Assembly: GCF_004010195.1 (NCBI RefSeq)
Contig: NC_057751.1
Location: 5,808,502 to 5,872,501 of the forward strand
Direction of reading: 5' to 3'
Length of the DNA: 64,000 bases
DNA from: Chiloscyllium plagiosum
Lineage: Eukaryota
The position numbers were made by a program, and so were the translations under genes. Each line of letters opens with the position of its first letter. Within the stretch, counting starts at the first letter, position 1. This document shows positions 49,271-61,440 of the stretch, one piece after another. A model generated the notes under the pieces. It saw nothing but the letters and a program-made list of their open reading frames with translations, had not been told where the DNA came from and searched no databases.

Positions 49271-50885
49271 ATCAGTTCACAAGTCATGTTTTTAACATTC
49301 CAGTAGCCAAATCAGATCAGCCTGAAACAACTGCTCTTGAACATGAGCAGTTGCCTCTGCGAACCAGAGACCTGCAAAAGAACTCACCACCATTTCTCCT
49401 CCTACAAAAATAATAGGTGTTGTCTTGTGGCTGGGAATTCCAGATTCAGGCCTCTGGTGCCATTGCTGAAACAGTTTCTTTTAATGGAAAATGTGCAAAT
49501 TGAAACTGTTAACTGTCCCAGGTTCAGCTATCTTATTTGTTCTGGCCACTTTGAAGAGGAAGATCCCAGGTAGCAGCAACAGCAATGGCTGCTGATTCGG
49601 GACAGAACTTAGGCTGCTTCCCTGATATCTCATGCCCAACCACAAATTGGATGGCATCCCTGTTTCCAGGATCATTAAGACTGACTCTGTGAAAATCCTG
49701 CCTCCTAACAGCTTGCTAATTGCCAAAAAAGCTGGGGTCAGCTGCTCTGTTTCCAATTCCCACACCGAATGGGGAAATCTGACCAGTGTCTGTAAAGGTG
49801 GGATGTCTGACCTACGCATTCATGCACACAGATTTTTCTCTGCTTTGCCTGTACACCTAATTTTGGACACATTCAAATTCATAGGGCCTGGCATCAGTAG
49901 CTAGCACTGTAAGATCGTTGCTAAATGTGAGTTTTCTCTGCTGAATGGAGCCGTTTCTCCCATGTGGGTCCAAGCACAACGCTATCTCATTTTTCCTTCT
50001 GAACTGGGAGGCCACAGCAGGTCTGGAGTGTGAGTTTGATTCAGTTCCTCCAATACCATTGAGGACAATAGGCAGCAAGATGCTGCTGTTGACCCTGATC
50101 CATCATGATCTCTTTCCCTCCAACCCAAGTGCTCTCATACTCTTCAAGGTCTCCTTAAATATACTTTACTCATTCTTCTGTGAGTGGCCCCATCTTTTTC
50201 TGCTATTTGGTGATGCCATCTCTGGCACACCACACATCCAATGTGTCCTGCTGGAGTCATCTTTCTGTGACAAAATCCCACAATTGCTTTTAAGACCCCG
50301 AGCCCTTTCCTATTGGTCATGTTGTTCCCCATGTTGCTTCTTGGACCTTACTGAGGCAACATTGGTGAAAAATGTCTAACTTACAGGAGATTGGGTTGGC
50401 TGAAATTACAGATTAGAGGAGGCTCAAGGGGCTAGATGGCCTACTCCTATTCCAAACACATATGTTCATATGTGACACTTTCTCTTCCATTCTCATTTGC
50501 AAAGGTTTCATTTGCAGTTTCATTTTCAGTCTGCCATCTGAAATGGAACTATAACATTTCTTCAGTAAGTGATCCCTCCTCTAAGACAGGTACTGAACTG
50601 CACTGACGGGGCAGAAACATCATAAGACTTGATGCACAAGTGGAATGCCATTTTGTCCATTGTTTTTAGGTTGGAAGGCAATGATTTACTCTGCTGTGCC
50701 TGAGCTGAGTGGGCTTAATGTGCCCATTGGGTGTACCATATGAGAAGTATTCTTAATAACAGTACTTCCATCCCTTACCTTGATGCGGATCAAACATAGC
50801 AAAAATTGACACAATCACAGGTAGCAGAAGCAACAAATGTTTTTCCATTGCACCTGGACCCACCACTCAGTGGGTACAGATCATC

Positions 50886-51424
50886 ATGCAATTCTGGTCT
50901 CCTTCCTATCAGAAAGTTGTTGTGAAAGTTGAATGGGTTCAGAAAAGATTTACAAGGACATTGCCACGGTTGGAGGATTTGACCTACAGGGAGAGGCTGA
51001 ATAGGCTGGGGCTGTTTTCCCTGGACCGTTGAAGGTTGAGGGGTGACCTTATAGAGGTTTATAAAATCATGAGGGGTACAGATAGGATAAATAGACAAAG
51101 TCCTTTCTCTGGGGTGGGGGAGTCCAGAACTAGAGGGCATAGGTTTAGGGTGAGAGGGGAAAGATATAAAAGGGACCTAAGGAGTAATGTTTTTACACAG
51201 AGGGTGGTGCGTGTATGGAATGAGCTGCCAGAGGAAGTGGTGGAGGCTGTACAATTCCAACATTTAAAAAGCATCTGGATGGGTATATGAATAGGAAGGC
51301 TTTAGAGGGATATGGGCCAAGTGCTGGCAAATGGGACTAGATTAGGTTGGACTATGTGGTCGGCATGGACAAGTTGCACTGAAGAGTCTGTTTCCGTGCT
51401 GCACATCTCTATGACTCTATGACT
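50886..51424 (+). mobile_element. CR1 (HER1-like) 3' portion
   Basis: RGDLIEVYKIMRG...RGHRFRVRG motifs. Tail TCTATGACTCTATGACT. Confidence 0.95.
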
Positions 51425-51589
51425 AAATAGGTGGAATGATACCTGCTCCACAAAGTTGTTGGAAAATGTGAGTGATGCCGGTTATAGAGTCATCGAGTCA
51501 TGGCGATATACCCTCTGCATGAAAAAGTTTTTTTTGATTAATTATTTAATACTGATTAAGTTGGACCTACGTGATAGGAAGATCCGGTC

Positions 51590-51992
51590 ACATAGGACAT
51601 AAACCATAAGGAATAGGAACAGGAGTAGGCCATTCAGACGCTTGAGCCTGCACCACTGTTCAATAGGATCATAGCTGATCCGACATTCTTCACATCCACT
51701 TTACTGCCCTTTTCCCATAACCCTTGATCCCCCAACTGATCAAGAATCTATTTATCTCAGCCTTAAATAATCACAACGACTCTGTCCCCATAACTCTCTG
51801 TGTCAAGGAGTTCCAAAGACTCACAACCCTCCAAGAGAAGAAATTCCTTCTCATCTCCATTTGAAATTGGTGCCCCTAATTCTGAGACAATGCTGTCTGG
51901 TCTTAGACCCTCCTATATAGGCAAGCATTTATCCAGTCAAGCCCCTGAAGAACCCTCTAAGTTCTTTTTCCTTCTAAATTCCAGTGCATAGA
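51590..51992 (-). mobile_element. CR1 3' portion (older subfamily)
   Basis: CCATAAG...GGAGTAGGCCATTC terminal motif, with reverse homology to 18360-18750. Confidence 0.85.
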
Positions 51993-53562
51993 ATCAAATA
52001 CAATGCTACTTTCTGAGATCTCTCCCAGTAGTTCAATCCCCAGAGCTGAATCTGATGGTTTATTTGCAAAGTCCAAGTTGCACTGGATTTTTTGGAGGAA
52101 TTTCCATTGCACAGCTGAGTGAGTTTTCTTGTCGTATCTTACCAAACTCACCTCATTAATTACCTGTCTACTCATATAGCATCCATCACTTCCAACAGGT
52201 CTTCTCCTGCTTCTGTCTCTTGTGTTCTTGTGAATTGCATAGCCATGTTAGAAGTCAAACTGGATTAACACATGATGGAGAATGGAACAGGCCATTTTCA
52301 GAGGGTAAGATGAAATAGGATAGAAGGAGCAGAAAAGCAGGTGGAGCACAGATCTTTTTGGTCAATCATCCTGTTTCCAAGCTGTAAGTTACGATGCAGC
52401 AACATAATATTGGAAAAGGTGGGTGCGGGGATGGAGTTGAAGAGTGTGATTGTTCCATCAGGTTTTCTCTTGGGGATAGGGGTAAGAATAAAAAAATTAC
52501 CCCGCTCACTTAATACAGCAGTACTGCAATTTTGGGTTCTTTTAGAGCATTTTTGCATTACTATATACATGTTGTTGCTAGCCATGTATTACTTCAAGGA
52601 GTACTGTACGATTGCTGCTTCAGAATTCACAGAAATGCAGTTCATCATACCAGACAGTGAGGGTTGTGGATCCTAATTCTGGGTGGCCTGCCAGAAAATG
52701 TCAACCAATATTATAAGACTTCACTATGTCTATATTTGCATAATGCATTTGAAAAATCCAAGGGATTATTGGAGTCTGAGCTGTTTTCAACATTGTGCTG
52801 TATAGTACAGTCTGGGGAACTCATTTATATTTTGTGATATCAAACAGGTTAAATCAGGGGGTTTATCAGGAATTTTGTGCTTTGCAAAGTTTCATGGCCT
52901 TGGGCTACAGAAAGCCTTGTCAGGCCTACTTATCTTCTTGAAAGAGTGGGCTATTGTTCTGAGGGCTTGGGTAGCACAATGTAACGTCAATTACATCTGC
53001 AGTTAAATGCTTGCCTGTTCATACCTGTGCAGCTGGGAGGTCTGTACCTTTCATTCAAGTGACCCTCCAGTTAAATGCATGGCAAAAATAGATGCTAAAT
53101 ACTAAATGGGGAGGCAATCTTGCAACAAGCGCCAGGAAGAAAATATCTTACTCTAAGCAGGTTCAGACATGTTGAGTTAGAGTAACAAGAGACAAATCAA
53201 GGATATTCATCTTTCTGAAAAAAGAAGATCACTAAATTGGTATTTTCTCTTTGTTCTGAACAATATGATTGATTTTGTTGTGTTCTAACTAGGTCATCCC
53301 ACACACTGATCTGAAAAACGAATCACAGTGTGAATTAAAATTGACATTGCAATACTGTTGGCCATAACACCAATGTCAACAACAATGGCTACATATAAAA
53401 ATAACATTTTAAACAATCCCTCAAACAATACCTTTCTCGATTGTCTCAAAATAATCAAATATTTTCATCAATTTAAAAGGATAGATTAAAAAATAACAGG
53501 AGCTATATTGCTATCTCTTCACCCAATGAGCAAGAAACATTGATGCAATAAACTCATAAAGC

Positions 53563-53690
53563 TTTCTGAAGAAGGGTCACTGGACCTAAAACATCAATAA
53601 CATTCTCTCCACAGATTTTGCCAGACCTGCTGAGTTTTTCCAGTAATTTCTGTTTTTGTTTCAGATTTCCAGCGTCCTCAGTTCTTCCAG
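53563..53690 (+). mobile_element. pLTR fragment with decayed hammerhead core
   Basis: CTGAAGA-AGGGTCACTGGACC-TAAAACATC, then GCCAGACCTGCTGAGTTTTTCCAG...TCAGATTTCCAGC. Confidence 0.75.
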
Positions 53691-53941
53691 TTTTTCATAA
53701 CAATCTTGATCATTAAGCTGGCCAATACAATTACATTTAGCATATCCTAAAATTAGCTGTTACTTTTGATCATTTTCACACTAATTTCATTGAACACCAT
53801 TGCCCTTACCTTTTGTCCTTGCTATGATTATTATTTCCAATGTGATTAAAGATAATGTCAGTATTGTTCACTTCACTGTTGATCTACCCACCTCTTTGCC
53901 GATCTGATTTTTCACTTCATGTTTCTTCCTCCATGTTACAC

Positions 53942-54135
53942 TAAAGGTAAAGTCACCATATTCCTACAGACCATCAGCCTGCCCTCCAGACACAAGTGAC
54001 TGGTGATGGTTTAACTTGAGGGTGACTATCCCTCAGGCAAAAGGAGAGGTTGAGAAGGAGAGTCCTTCATGGTGTAGGGATTGAATCCAGACTGTTGGCA
54101 TCACTGTATGTCATAAATGAAACATGCAGCCAACC
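53942..54135 (-). mobile_element. SINE family C with ACCTTTA tail
   Basis: Reverse-complement homolog of 56740-56985. Confidence 0.7.
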
Positions 54136-55114
54136 CTTTTGAATGTGGGCAATCCCACTTCCACACAAGCGTCTCCAGAAAAGTAACCCCTTCACATGGC
54201 TAAAAACAAAATTCATCCAACATGACATTAGTTTCCTTCACTGACTTATTGCTCCTATACAATTGAACTGGTGCTCTCTGTTTATCACACCGTGCTTTCA
54301 AAATTAATTAATAAATTTAGTTGGCAACAAACTTGAGAAGACTCAGAAAACATACAATTTATTGGTCAGTCATTTTAATTAATGAAATCTATCATGCAAA
54401 CACGTCCATGTTGCAGACAATACTCCAGGAATTTTCGACACATACCCCAAAATTGATATCTTTCTCTGCGTCATGAAGAAAATGTTTTAATAACAACATT
54501 TCACTATCAAGTGTAAAGTTGTAAAAATGATAACTTGTCAAATGTTAGTTAATTGTTCTCAGGTTTTTGCACTACCTTCACTCTCTTTGGATTGCAGGTT
54601 TGAAATGTGTAGTGCTGATTGAAGCTTTCACCATTAGATATTGCAGTTGTAGCTTCGGCTCATTTTTGCTGGTTACAGGCTACAGGCTGTCCTTCTGTCC
54701 TGCTCCGTCATGGCTGTGTGTTAAATCATGTAGAGTGGAATTGTGGAAAAACTAATGTACCACATGATGGAATGAGAAAACTAGGATGTTGTTAACCCAT
54801 TCACATATGGAAAGTAACAACTTCTTCTGATCTTGACACCTCAGTAAGAATCAGAGAACTGCAGTCAAGAATGAAAGATATGGATGATTTTACCTTTTAC
54901 TTCATCCCCTGCTCAAATAACGGAATGCCAGGTAATTTAACAGCAATAACTTTGGCATATCATGTCCTTGTAGAAGTTTCCAAAAAACATTAGAAGGTTT
55001 GCAAATCCTGTGAGTTCATTAAGTCACACCTTGATATTTCTTCTATTCCTCATAGGTTCAATGCAGTCAGAAGAATTGAGAGACTGCAAGCTCATGGTGA
55101 GCATGATGTTGTCA

Positions 55115-55685
55115 GGCATGACTCAGTGGGTAGTGCTCTTGCATCTGAGTCAGAAGGTCATATGCTGAGGCCCCACTCCTTCCATTTAACTGCTAAAGTT
55201 GAGCTTAATTCTGCAGTGCAATATCGGGAAAGTGCTATAGTTTAGGAGGAACATCTTTCAGGTGAGATGTTAAACAAAGAATCTGCCAGCTTCCTAGATT
55301 GACCATAAAAGATTTGGTAACAACATTTTGGAGTTAATCCTTATATCCTGATCGATATTCATTCCCCCATATATGTCATTGAAATATGATCTGGTCATTT
55401 GCATTTGTTTCTTTAATTCATTCGTGAGATGTGGGTGTTGCTGGTTGGCCAGCATTTAATTGCCCTTGAGAAGGGTGATGATGTGCTTTCTTTTTGAACT
55501 GCTGCAGTCCACCTGCCGTGGGTTAACCCACAATACTGTTCAGGAGGGAATTGTGGGAACATTATGTGTGCAAATTGGCTGCTGTGCCTTCATGAGGCTC
55601 GTGATGACACTTCAGAAGAACATCCTTGGCTGTCAAAAGCTTGTGGATGTTCTAAGGATGTGTAAGATGTGATAAAAGTCCAAGA
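55115..55685 (+). mobile_element. DeuSINE-like SINE (SacSINE1/AmnSINE1-related), interrupted by an antisense LINE 3' end at 55411-55550
   Basis: tRNA-like head ACTCAGTGGGTAGTGCTCTTGCATCTGAGTCAGAAGG. Deu-like TCTTTCAGGTGAGATGTTAAAC and GATCTGGTCATT...TTGTGGGA..TGTGTGCAAATTGGCTGC blocks. Confidence 0.65.
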
Positions 55686-56739
55686 GCACTGAAAGATTTT
55701 AAAATTCTAGCTGCCCTGTGCGAGATTCCAAACTAAGATTGCCTACCACAGTGCAGACTGGAAATTATACCTGATTAGCACCTCCATTGTCTCGATGGTT
55801 TAGTACCATCTGGCAACGCATTAACCCACTGCATTGTTTCTCCTGTTAATCCAAGTGTGCAAAATTCATCTTATGATTACTTTTTCAAATTCTGAAGGTT
55901 TTTTAAAGTACAATATCTATTGATATTAGACTTTAACCATTGGAGGTGGTATTTGAGGAAGTCTGGAACTTCGCTGGCAATTACTTTCTCTAATGTATGT
56001 TGCTTTTAATGGACGAGGGAGCATTCATTACAAATGCACATTAATTTAGGATTAGAATTTACAGTAGATTCATTTGTACTTTTGAAGCAAAGTCATGAAA
56101 AAGAAGTGACTGCAGACATATTCTGAAGCTTATGTTTTCCCCATCTCTTGGCCACCCACAGAGCAGAAATAAAGCCCAGCTCATCCAAGCCATTTAGCAG
56201 CCAGGTTGAAAACACAAAATAAGCACAAAATTAGGTATTATATTCAGGATTACTGCAACCTTTTGGTTGAAGTTGCACATTTCCCTCCTACTGATTACCG
56301 ACTACCACCACCCACCACCTCATCCACCTCTATTGAACTAGCTTTGCAAACCATTTATTTTTGCCCCTGTTGCAGGTTTCAAATTTCGCTCTTCCTTCCT
56401 TGCACACTGGTTGGATGCGGCACACCCGTCAGAACTGATAATCAGGAGGAGATTAGTTTGTTCATATTCATTGAACCTATTTTCTGGCTCCAAGATTTCC
56501 ACCTCCACCTGGCCACTGACTTCATATTATCGCATCCTTATACAAACTTGACAAAAAGCATAATGTTCCAAACCCTCTGCATGTTTGTGCATAAAATTAT
56601 GAATAAAGTGCAGTCAGGACACTCCAGTTATTTTGCACAGGAAGAGATAATTGACACAATGTGCAGGTGCTGGCTATCCAATGTGTCACGTTCTTTCCCC
56701 ATTGTCCTGAACATTATTCTTTTTGAGTATGCATAATTT

Positions 56740-56985
56740 GTGTCAGTTGGCTGGACAGCTGGCTTGCAATGTATAGTGATGCCAACAGCATCAGTTTAAT
56801 TCCCACACTGACTGAGGCTGCCATGAAAGATTCACCTTCTCAACCTCACCCCTTACCTGAGGCATGATGACCCTCAGGTTAAACCACCACTAGTCATCCA
56901 CTCTCCCTCTCTCTCTCTCTCTCTCTTCCTGTCTAATGAGGGTGCAGCCGATTGGTCTGGTAAGTCAATGGTGACTTTACCTTTA
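56740..56985 (+). mobile_element. SINE family C containing a (CT)n tract (56901-56925)
   Basis: TCAGTTGGCTGG head, CCTGAGGCATGATGACCCTCAGG hairpin and GGTGACTTTACCTTTA tail. Second copy at 53942-54135. Confidence 0.7.
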
Positions 56986-58789
56986 ATTCGCCTTTCAATC
57001 TGCTTTCCCAACACGTATTTTTAGTTAGTATATTTCATTTTATGTTGTGCTGTGTAAAAATTCTCTTTCTTTTCACATTGCGTTAACTAATTACCTAAAA
57101 TTTGTGCCTCCTGGTATGACCATCTTAATAGTGGAACCAGATCCTCTTGATCCACTGTAAGAAAATCCTTAAGTGTGAAGACCTCTGTTCTACCTCCTCC
57201 AGCCTTCTATGGCATGAAGAAAATAATTTGCATTCAATCCTAGATATTCATGACTGGCTTTTGACAGGTGCTGATATTGACAGTGATGACAGCCCAATCA
57301 TTCAGTGAATGATAATACTTTCAGTGAAAGAGAACATGCTGGAATAATTATAGTATTCAGTTCTTCAAGTAATGACCTTATTTTTAACATGTTACAAAAC
57401 TGCTTTGCTCAGAGTACTAATTATGTTGTTTAAGATGATAGTATAACGTGGATGCATGCAATATTTTTCATGATACTATTAGTGTAATACAATGCAGCAA
57501 CAATGTTTCATCCATGATTATTCCTAAAACTATCTTAACAGTAATACTTTTCCACAGTATTATTCCTTCCAATGTTTTGTGTATTATATGGAATTCTCCT
57601 GTCTATTGTTTCTTATGCCACTCTTTATGTTAAAACAACAATGTGGCATTGTCCATGAAGTGGAATAAATAGGCGAGACTGATGGAGAAACTATTTACCC
57701 TGGTTGGAGGATGGGGAAGAATAGCATAAACATTACAGCCAGATCTCTCAGGAGTGAAACTGTGAAAATCTGGTGCAGAGTAATGCACTTGTTGTTTGGA
57801 ACTGTTCTGTTAATACCACAAACCAATCAATTGTAAATTTGAAATTGGAGCACAGGCCAATACAGTGTATGGGTTGAGGCTGCAGAACAGCTGCATCATC
57901 AAAGAATGGCATAAAAATATCAAGGAGCTAAATGGCTGAATTCTATTCCTGTGTTCTTCTACCTAATACTGCTCCAGATAATATGGACCAAGTGCAGTAA
58001 CTTCTGTAATTCTGGTTTTCACCTACTGGCCCATAGCTAATTAAGTGGCTGCAGCTACAGAGACTTTCAGATTGTCTGTCTGTTCTTTGCAGTGTGTGGA
58101 GTCCTAATCGTCGCACAATCTTGATGACTGCATAAGATTTCGTGGCAAACTGGTTATGCTTTCATCAGGACCCGATTGTAATTAAGTCCATTCTGACCTG
58201 CTCTCGCATGCACTAATCCAGCAATTGGTCAAAGGGCTTAAGATTGCTGCCAGTATCTAGTTACTTCTCCCTTAGTTCATGTTATTTCCCTTATTAAGTG
58301 GACTGCCTTGCATTTACCTCAGTAAATTGGGCTACTTTGTCTCTGGGCTTGCATCGATGTTTAGCTGCAATTACCTGTCGCAGAAAGGTGTTCAGTTTCC
58401 TATTATCCATTAATAACCTCCAGTGGGAGCCGTGACTGCAATTTACCTCCATTTAACTGTCTTACCGCATCTGCTAATGAAGGGTTGAAATTTATTTTCT
58501 TATTTCCGTATGGCTTATTGCTCTCTAGTTTTGTTTCAGTTTCTAACTTTCTGCGGTGCAAAGACATTATCAGTTCTTGAGCTGAAACTTCAGAGCCCAC
58601 TTGGGTACAATGTAGATTATTTCTGATCTGTTTGTCTTTTCCTCTCATTTTCTCCTTACTTTTGCTGGATATATGTTGTTGAATTGTGATACAGTTGATT
58701 TTGAAACCTTATATCAAAGCTCCTCTTCAGCTTCTCCTCTCAAAGGAAAACAGTCTCAATATCCCAAATGTACCCTCTCAACTGTGGTA

Positions 58790-59804
58790 TTTCCTCCCTG
58801 GAACAATTCACATAAACCTCTTGGGCATTCTTTCCAATGCATTTCTGGTGTGGTTGTGCACAACATTCCAATTGTGGACTAATCAATATCTTGTGTAACT
58901 TCCGCATAACCTCCCTGGTCTTGTACTCTATGTCTCCATTAATGAAGCCAAGAAAAATGGAACTTTATTTCAGCTCTTGCAACCTGTCCGACCACTTTTA
59001 ATAACTTATTTACAGACATACCCAGGTGTCTCTGCTTTTGCAACTTCTTTGGCATAGTATTTTATTTTGTACTCTCTCTTTATGTTCTTTGTCGAAAAAT
59101 TATTCATCTTCTCTGCATTGAGGTTCATTTGCCACCTGTCCATTTCACTGCGTCAATTTTCTTTTGAATGAAGTTCTGCACTGCCCATCTCAGAGTTTAG
59201 AATTCTGCACACTTTATGTCAACCACAAACTTTAAAACTGTTTCCTGCCCATCAAGACCTAGGTCATTTATACTTATCAGGAAATGCTAGGGTCCCAATA
59301 CTGACCCCTGGGACATGCTACCACAAACCCTTTGTTAGCCTGAAAACTGCCCAGTAACCAGAACTCTCTGTTTCTTATTGCTCAACCATTTTTGTATTCA
59401 CGTTGCTGCTGTCCCTGTTATCCCTTGACCGAAAAGCTTTCCATGTGACACTGTATCACTTGTTTCACCTTTTGAAAGTCTGTGCGCATCACATCAACTG
59501 CATTTCCCTTATCAATGGCCTCTGTTATTTCTTCAAACAGGTCCAGCAAGTTAGTGAGACACAACTTTCATTCAACAAATCCATTCTGACTCTTCCAAAC
59601 CAACCCATATTGGCCCATGTGACCATTAATTTTCTCCCAAATAATTGTTTCTTCATGTTTCCTCACAGCAGAACTTAACCTGACTGGTAATTACTGGGTT
59701 GATCCTTACAATCTTTTTTAAGCAAAGGTATAAAGTTTGCAATTCTCTAGTCCTCTGACACTGCCCCTGAAGATTGAAAGATTATTCCCACTGACTCCCA
59801 CAGT
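58790..59804 (-). mobile_element. Old CR1 ORF2 fossil (RT part)
   Basis: Minus strand PRGQYWDP / PQGSVLGP motif at about 59290-59320, KFVVD (FADD-like) and W..ANF.PL motifs. Confidence 0.75.
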
Positions 59805-61001
59805 TACCTTGACAGTACAGCTTCACATCCTGCTTCCTATAAAGACTGCATTCCATTCAGCTTCTGTGTCTATGTCGCATCTGTTCTGATTATGCCAATT
59901 TCCACGGGTGGGCTCAAAGTTTCCACATTATTCCTCAACTGAGGACTCCCTGTCATTGTGGTTGACAGGGATCTCAGTCATATCTGAGCCATTTCCTGTT
60001 CTTCTGTATTTATACCTTCTCCCCCATCCCACAACAATGATCAGGTTCCCTGGCACTCTCTTTCTGCCCAACTAACCTCCAAAGGGCCAGAAGTCACCAT
60101 TTCTGCCACCTCCAGTAAGATGCCACCACAAGATGCATATTACCCTCCCCTCTCTCTTGTCAGGATTCTGTCGGGACCAATTCCTCTGGGACACCCTGGT
60201 CCATTCCTCCTCCATTCCCAACAGCTCCCCAAACCCCCACTGCACCTTCGCATGCAATTGTGGAAGGTGCAACAACTGCCTGGTTACTTCCTCCCTCCTC
60301 ACTATCCAAGGCAGCACACACCTTCCAGGTGAACTAGAGATTTACCTGTACTTCAGTCAATCTCGTCCACTCTACTTACTGGTCACAATGTGGTCTCCTC
60401 TACAGTGGGGAGACAAACTACAGCCTGGGTGACCACTTTGCAGATCATTTACGCTCTGTCTGTAAATTTGCCCCAAACTTCCAATTGCTTGGCATTTCAC
60501 CACAATGTTCCCTGGCCAATGTTTCTGTCTCAGGTCTGCTGCAATGCTCCAGTGAGGCTCAAAACAAGCTGGAGGAACTGCACTTCATTTTCCACCTAGA
60601 TACTTTCAGAACTCAACATTGAGTTTAAAAGTTTAAGAATATGAGCACCCTCCCTTCTGTTCATTGCATTTCCCCACAACCCTCAGTCCTCTCTTGCATG
60701 GATTGCCCCCAGCACAGCCAACCCATTTCCCACCATTTACATTTATCATTGACACTGTACAAAGTATTTACCTCTATCTTAGCCTATCATCAGCAATCTC
60801 TTGGTTTGCCTATCCTTTCTTCTCTCTCACCCTCTCTTTTTGGGCAGCATAGGACTGTCTGTATTCACTCCCCCACTTCATCATCAGGGGTTTTCAGTTC
60901 TGATACAGGGTCACTGTACTTGAAATGTGAACTCTGTTTTTCTCCCTACAGATGCTCCCGGGCCTGTTGGGTTGTCCAACACTTTATATTCTTTGCTAAA
61001 A
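59805..61001 (+). mobile_element. Penelope-like element fossil (RT thumb, Cys-linker, GIY-YIG endonuclease, 3' pLTR), probably Neptune clade
   Basis: TASHPASYKDCIPFS, TFACNCGRCNNC, FTCTSVNLV...SQCGLLYSGET..SLGDHFADHLRSV and EAQNKLEELHFIFHL motifs. pLTR at about 60896-60995. Confidence 0.88.
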
Positions 61002-61440
61002 CTTATTGCCAGTGCCTCTACAACTTTCGTTCTCACTTCGTTCAGTATCTTTGGATGCATTTCATCTGGTCCATAGCTTATCAACTTTAAATTCCCACTG
61101 CTTTTCCTATATCTCTTGCTTGTCAATTTTAAATTTTCCTGCTAGCAGAGTTTTTTTTCTCTTTCACCATGGCCTGAGAGACACCAAGAATTAATTTAAC
61201 ACCTCAGCCATGCCTTCTGCCTCTGAACATAATTCTCCTTTTTCATTTGAATTTGGCCCTACTTTTCTTTTGCCACCCTTTTGCTATTTATGTGCTTATA
61301 GAAACATTTGGGATTCTCTTTTATGTTAACTGCCAGTCTTTTTTCATTCATCCTCTTTGCTTTTGTATTTGGTTTTTCACCTTCCTTCTGAACTTTCTGT
61401 ATTCAGCTGTTCAATTTCATCATGCAGCTTTCTCATGTCC
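61002..61440 (-). mobile_element. Old CR1 ORF2 fossil (upstream continuation of 58790-59804)
   Basis: GPDEMHPKILNEVRTKVVEALAI in ORF 60911-61126. Confidence 0.8.

Noticed and set aside
49900..50380. Possible RTE-like C-terminal remnant on the minus strand and the 144-aa plus ORF
   Set aside because: Only a faint motif resemblance, not enough to call either.
56206..56736. 176-aa ORF as a protein-coding gene
   Set aside because: Non-ATG start, no recognisable domain and random-like composition. Kept only as a weak exon candidate.
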